NCBI RefSeq assembly: GCF_964213995.1
Contig: NC_135816.1
Coordinates: 25,196,303 to 25,236,000, forward strand
Source: Mustelus asterias
Lineage: Eukaryota
Direction of reading: 5' to 3'
Length of the DNA: 39,698 nt
Every line of letters begins with the position of its first letter. Position 1 is the first letter of the stretch. The notes under the pieces are model-generated. The model was given only the letters and a program-made list of their open reading frames with translations. It made no database searches and was not told the DNA's origin. Of the stretch, positions 36,222 to 39,698 are shown one piece after another. A program made the translations under genes and the position numbers.

Positions 36222-37230
36222 TAGTTAGGACATTACAGTAGTAGATTTTCCTATCCGTCCAGTGACAGACAAATACTTGAGCAAATCAACTTATACCACA
36301 ATTAATGGTATGATTATTAAACAACAATAACTTGTATTTTTCCAGGGAAAAATACTAATTATAAAAATTTCCCAGGTCCTTTACAAGTCCTTGACACTAA
36401 CTCTCATAAGAAGATATTAAGTGGGGAGGATTTTTGGCTGACTAAAGTCTGATGGATGATTTGTGATGCTATGGACACTTGCCATATGGAAATTATGGTG
36501 TGCTGCACGTGTTTTAAGTGATGGGCAATTGACGTAAGACCCTTACTGAAACTTACATGTTGCTCTCCATTCTTCAGATTACCATAAGTTATTACACAAT
36601 AATGAGGCCACACTTGCCCCTAGCCTCCTGTGACGATTACACTTTTACTCACTTCTCAGTGAGGCAGGACAATCATTTGATATTATTTGCCCTCTGATTT
36701 TCCTGTTTCGTGTTCTTACCCTCTGATGCAACAGATAGTATTGACTGCTGACCATATGAGGATATACAGGGTCAAACTCAGTCTGATTATGGAATGTGCC
36801 AGTGCATCAATGCCTTGAACAATTAGGATACCTAATCTATGACAGTGTCAATAACATGTGGGTTTTGACTATGCTTTTGGAAGGCAGCTATAGCAAGAGA
36901 AGTCATCACAATGGAACAGTAGAATGCTACGGGTAAAAATGATGGGACTAGTGGAGGGGTTTCAGTGGGTATCATGGTCCCTATCATTTTAAGGTAGCTT
37001 TGAAGGACTGCCACCATTTTCCTCTCAGGATTCACTGTAACTTATCCTTGCCCTGTAACTATGCAGTCCACAGCTCCGCATTCGGACTACATAAAGAAGC
37101 ATTCACTAGTTCCAAGCTCAATCCCCCTCCTGCATATCAGCCAATTCCTGAATTCGGTCATTCCACCAGGCCAAATATAATTCCACATTAGTAATCTAGT
37201 GAATGTCCTCATTATCTAAAATGAGTCAAT

Positions 37231-37368
37231 AAAAGCAAATTACTGCAGATGCTGGAATCTGAAAAAGAGCTTTGACAAAGAGTCATCTGGACTCGAAACG
37301 TCAGCTCTTTTCTGTCCTTACAGATGCTGCCAGACTTGCTGAGATTTTCCAGCATTTTCTCTTTTGGG
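37231..37368. mobile_element. Short PLE-derived inverted element with TSD
   Basis: Same termini as the 23737-25927 element; flanked by direct repeat atctaaaatgag (37214-37225 and 37369-37380). Confidence 0.85.
37263..37311 (+). ncRNA. Minimal type I hammerhead ribozyme, U3-A8 core variant
   Basis: Stem I aaaagagct/agctctttt (9 bp); core TTGACAA 37272-37278 plus one A; stem II GAGTC-atctg-GACTC; GAAA 37295-37298; stem III palindrome ACGT; predicted cut after GUC (37302). Confidence 0.72.
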
Positions 37369-37713
37369 ATCTAAAATGAGCCATCAGATATATAGCAGTT
37401 AGTTTAACCTTTGAACCCTTTTTGAGATAAAACTAACCTGATGGATACTTATTCTAAAATGGGAGAGGGGACAAATATGCCAACTCCTCATTAAACTCTT
37501 TCCTTTTCTAATGAGAGAAAATTAGGTCATCATTTAGCTTATCTTAGAAAAATATAACAGTAATTAACAGAACCATACAGATTAGAAAAGTCCTAGGTTC
37601 AAATTTCATACAGTGCTGAGTTATCTGACCTTGACTAGGTTACTATTGGGACTCGACAGTTGATCTCAAAATCCTCAGATTTGGGAAGGACAAAAGTGGC
37701 CAATATTCTAGTC

Positions 37714-38165
37714 TTCTTCTAAGGTAGTCCCTCACGATTGAGGAAGACTTGCTTCCACTCCAGTTTGGTGGACATAAGATGGCTATTAAGTCCAATGTGC
37801 GATCCGCAGACTCTGCCACATGTGGGCCAGGTGGTGTTGGAGGGTCAGGTAGATGAGTTTTTTGAAAGATTGTTCACTCTCTGTGTGTTCCCATTGCTGA
37901 TAATGTTCCATATCTTCCCGAATCATCCTTGTCCATTTTGGTTGGTGACAAAGCCTGGACTCCCCCCAGTGGGCAAGGATGTTTGACCTCTTCAGGGATG
38001 CATTGAGGTCTTCCCTACAATGTTTCTGCTGAACTCCTGGCAGTCTCCTGCCATGACTGAGTTCTGGGTAGAGAATTACGTTGGCACTCTGCTGTCAGGA
38101 ATATGAATGACATGTCCTGCTCTGTGGGTTTTGAGTGACTAGTGCCTCAATGCTGGGCATGTTTT
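37714..38165 (-). mobile_element. Decayed RTE-like LINE 3' fragment (continues at about 39081-39165)
   Basis: (gaa)n-type end cttcttct followed by gaggaagacttgcttccact; catgtt is duplicated on either side of the inserted Rex/Babar-like copy. Confidence 0.5.
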
Positions 38166-39080
38166 GATTTGATTTGATTTATTATAGTCACATGTATTAG
38201 CATACAGTGAAAAGTATTGTTTCTTGCGCAGTATACAGACAAAGCATACCATTCATAGAGAAGGAAGCGAGAGAGTGCAAAATGTAGTGTTACAGTCATA
38301 GCTAGGGTGTAGAGAAAGATCAACTTAATGCAAGGTAGGTCCATTCAAAAGTCTGATAGCAGCAGAGAAGAAGCTGTTCTTGTGTCGGTTGGTACGTGAC
38401 CTCAGACTTTTGTATATTTTTCCCGACGGAAGAAGGTGAAAGAGAGAATGTGGGTGCGTAAGGTCCTTAATTATGCTGGCTGCTTTGCCAAGGCAACGGG
38501 AAGTGTAGACAGAGTCAATGGATGGGAGGTTGGTTTGCGTGATGGATTGGGCTACATTCACGACCTTCTGTAGTTTCTTGCAGTCTTGGGTAGAGCAGGA
38601 GCCATACCAAGCTGTGATACAACCAGAAAGAATGCTTTCTATGGTGAATCTGTAAAAGTTGATGAGAGTCGAAGCTGACATGCCAAATTTCCTTAGTCTT
38701 CTGAGAAAGTTGGTGGGCTTTCTGAACTATAGGGTCAGCATGGGGGGTACCAGGATGGGTTATTTGTGATCTAGACACCTAAAAACTTGAAGCTCTTGAT
38801 CGTTTCTACATCATCTCCGTTAGATAGGAGCATGTTCTCCTCTACGCTTTCTGAAGTCGATGACAATCTTCTTCATTTTGTTGATATTGAGGGAGAGATT
38901 ATTGTCGCCGCATCAATTCACCAGATTCTCTATCTCATTCCTGTACTCTGTCTCGTCATTGTTTGCAATCCCACTACGGTGGTGTCGTCAGCAAACTTGA
39001 AAATTGAGTTGGAGGGGAATTTGGCCACACACTCATAGATGTATAAGGAATAAAATAGGGGGCTGAGAACACAACCTTGT
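38163..39080 (-). mobile_element. Rex1/Babar-like LINE 3' fragment (RT end)
   Basis: FKFADDTTV, FYRFTIESILSGCITAWYG and NSFFSAAIRLLN motifs; (atcaa)n tail. Confidence 0.88.
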
Positions 39081-39419
39081 GACATGTTGAACAGACAGGA
39101 AACTGCTCGACCTATGCTGTCTTCAATCCAAAACCAAGATCATTGTATATAGTTTGCACTGCACACATCGTTGCACCTCATACTACTGAGGATGCAAACT
39201 AAGCGGGGAGAATGTATACCGGGCCACCACATGACTAGGTGATGAGTGGTCACATTGGGCATTATGTGGTCTAGTGACGAAAGCTGGCCAGAATTCCCCG
39301 GGATCTTGGGCAGTGGAGAAGTGATTGTTGCAGCTGCCGAGTTAGTTAAATAAATTTACTGTTACCACAGTTCTTGCTGCAGCCAGTGTTACAGGAAACC
39401 AGAGAAATCAACACCGCCT

Positions 39420-39698
39420 ATTCCGGTAAACCTTCTCCTGAACTGCTTCCAACTGATTTACACCTCTCCTTAAATAAAAAGACCAATACTGTACACAATA
39501 CTCCAGATGAAATGGTCTCACCAATGAAATGGTTTGAACTGAAGTATAGCCTCACTATTTTTGTAATCAATTCCCTTCCCACCAAACAATAAAATTATAT
39601 TAACTTTCCTAATTACCTGCTGTATGTGTACACTAGTTTTTTGTGATTCATGCAATAGGACACCCCAATCCTTCCGCACTTCAGAGCGCTACAACCTC
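39420..39698 (-). mobile_element. Old CR1 fragment running off the window
   Basis: gaccaatactgtacacaatactccagatg...ggtctcacca and ttcctaattacctgctg, as in the other CR1 copies. Confidence 0.7.

Noticed and set aside
39236-39290. Hammerhead-like gtgatgag...gtgacgaaa
   Set aside because: The core would be G3/G8 (no pair), and no stem I or cleavage-site geometry can be formed.
39169-39413. Possible small solo LTR ending in CAACA
   Set aside because: No clear TG start or TSD.
1-39698. CRISPR arrays, operons or other prokaryotic systems
   Set aside because: The sequence is intron-containing vertebrate DNA with no regularly spaced repeat-spacer array.

Overview
Eukaryotic genomic DNA, almost certainly from a shark or other elasmobranch, judged by HE1/V-SINE-type SINEs and CR1/HER1-type LINEs. 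It carries the complete coding region of rnf14 (RWD + RING-IBR-RING E3 ubiquitin ligase) on the + strand in 7 coding exons: 2941-3094, 3218-3366, 9587-10102, 11838-12066, 13483-13655, 15192-15322 and 17636-17708. All introns are GT-AG with compatible phases, giving 1425 nt and 474 aa. A long AT-rich probable 3' UTR follows; no promoter or non-coding first exon is recognisable. The rest is largely decayed mobile DNA: CR1 LINEs, about ten V-SINEs with two tail types, Rex/Babar-, RTE- and Tx1-like fragments, two solo LTRs, Harbinger-like MITEs and Penelope-like (PLE) remnants. Most ORF-track entries are repeat-derived or spurious. The most notable unexplained features are minimal hammerhead ribozyme motifs in PLE-derived elements (one with a compensatory U3-A8 core, one in sense orientation inside an rnf14 intron) and a short A-tailed element headed by the 5' end of U2 snRNA. 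All family names come from motif recognition, not database searches.
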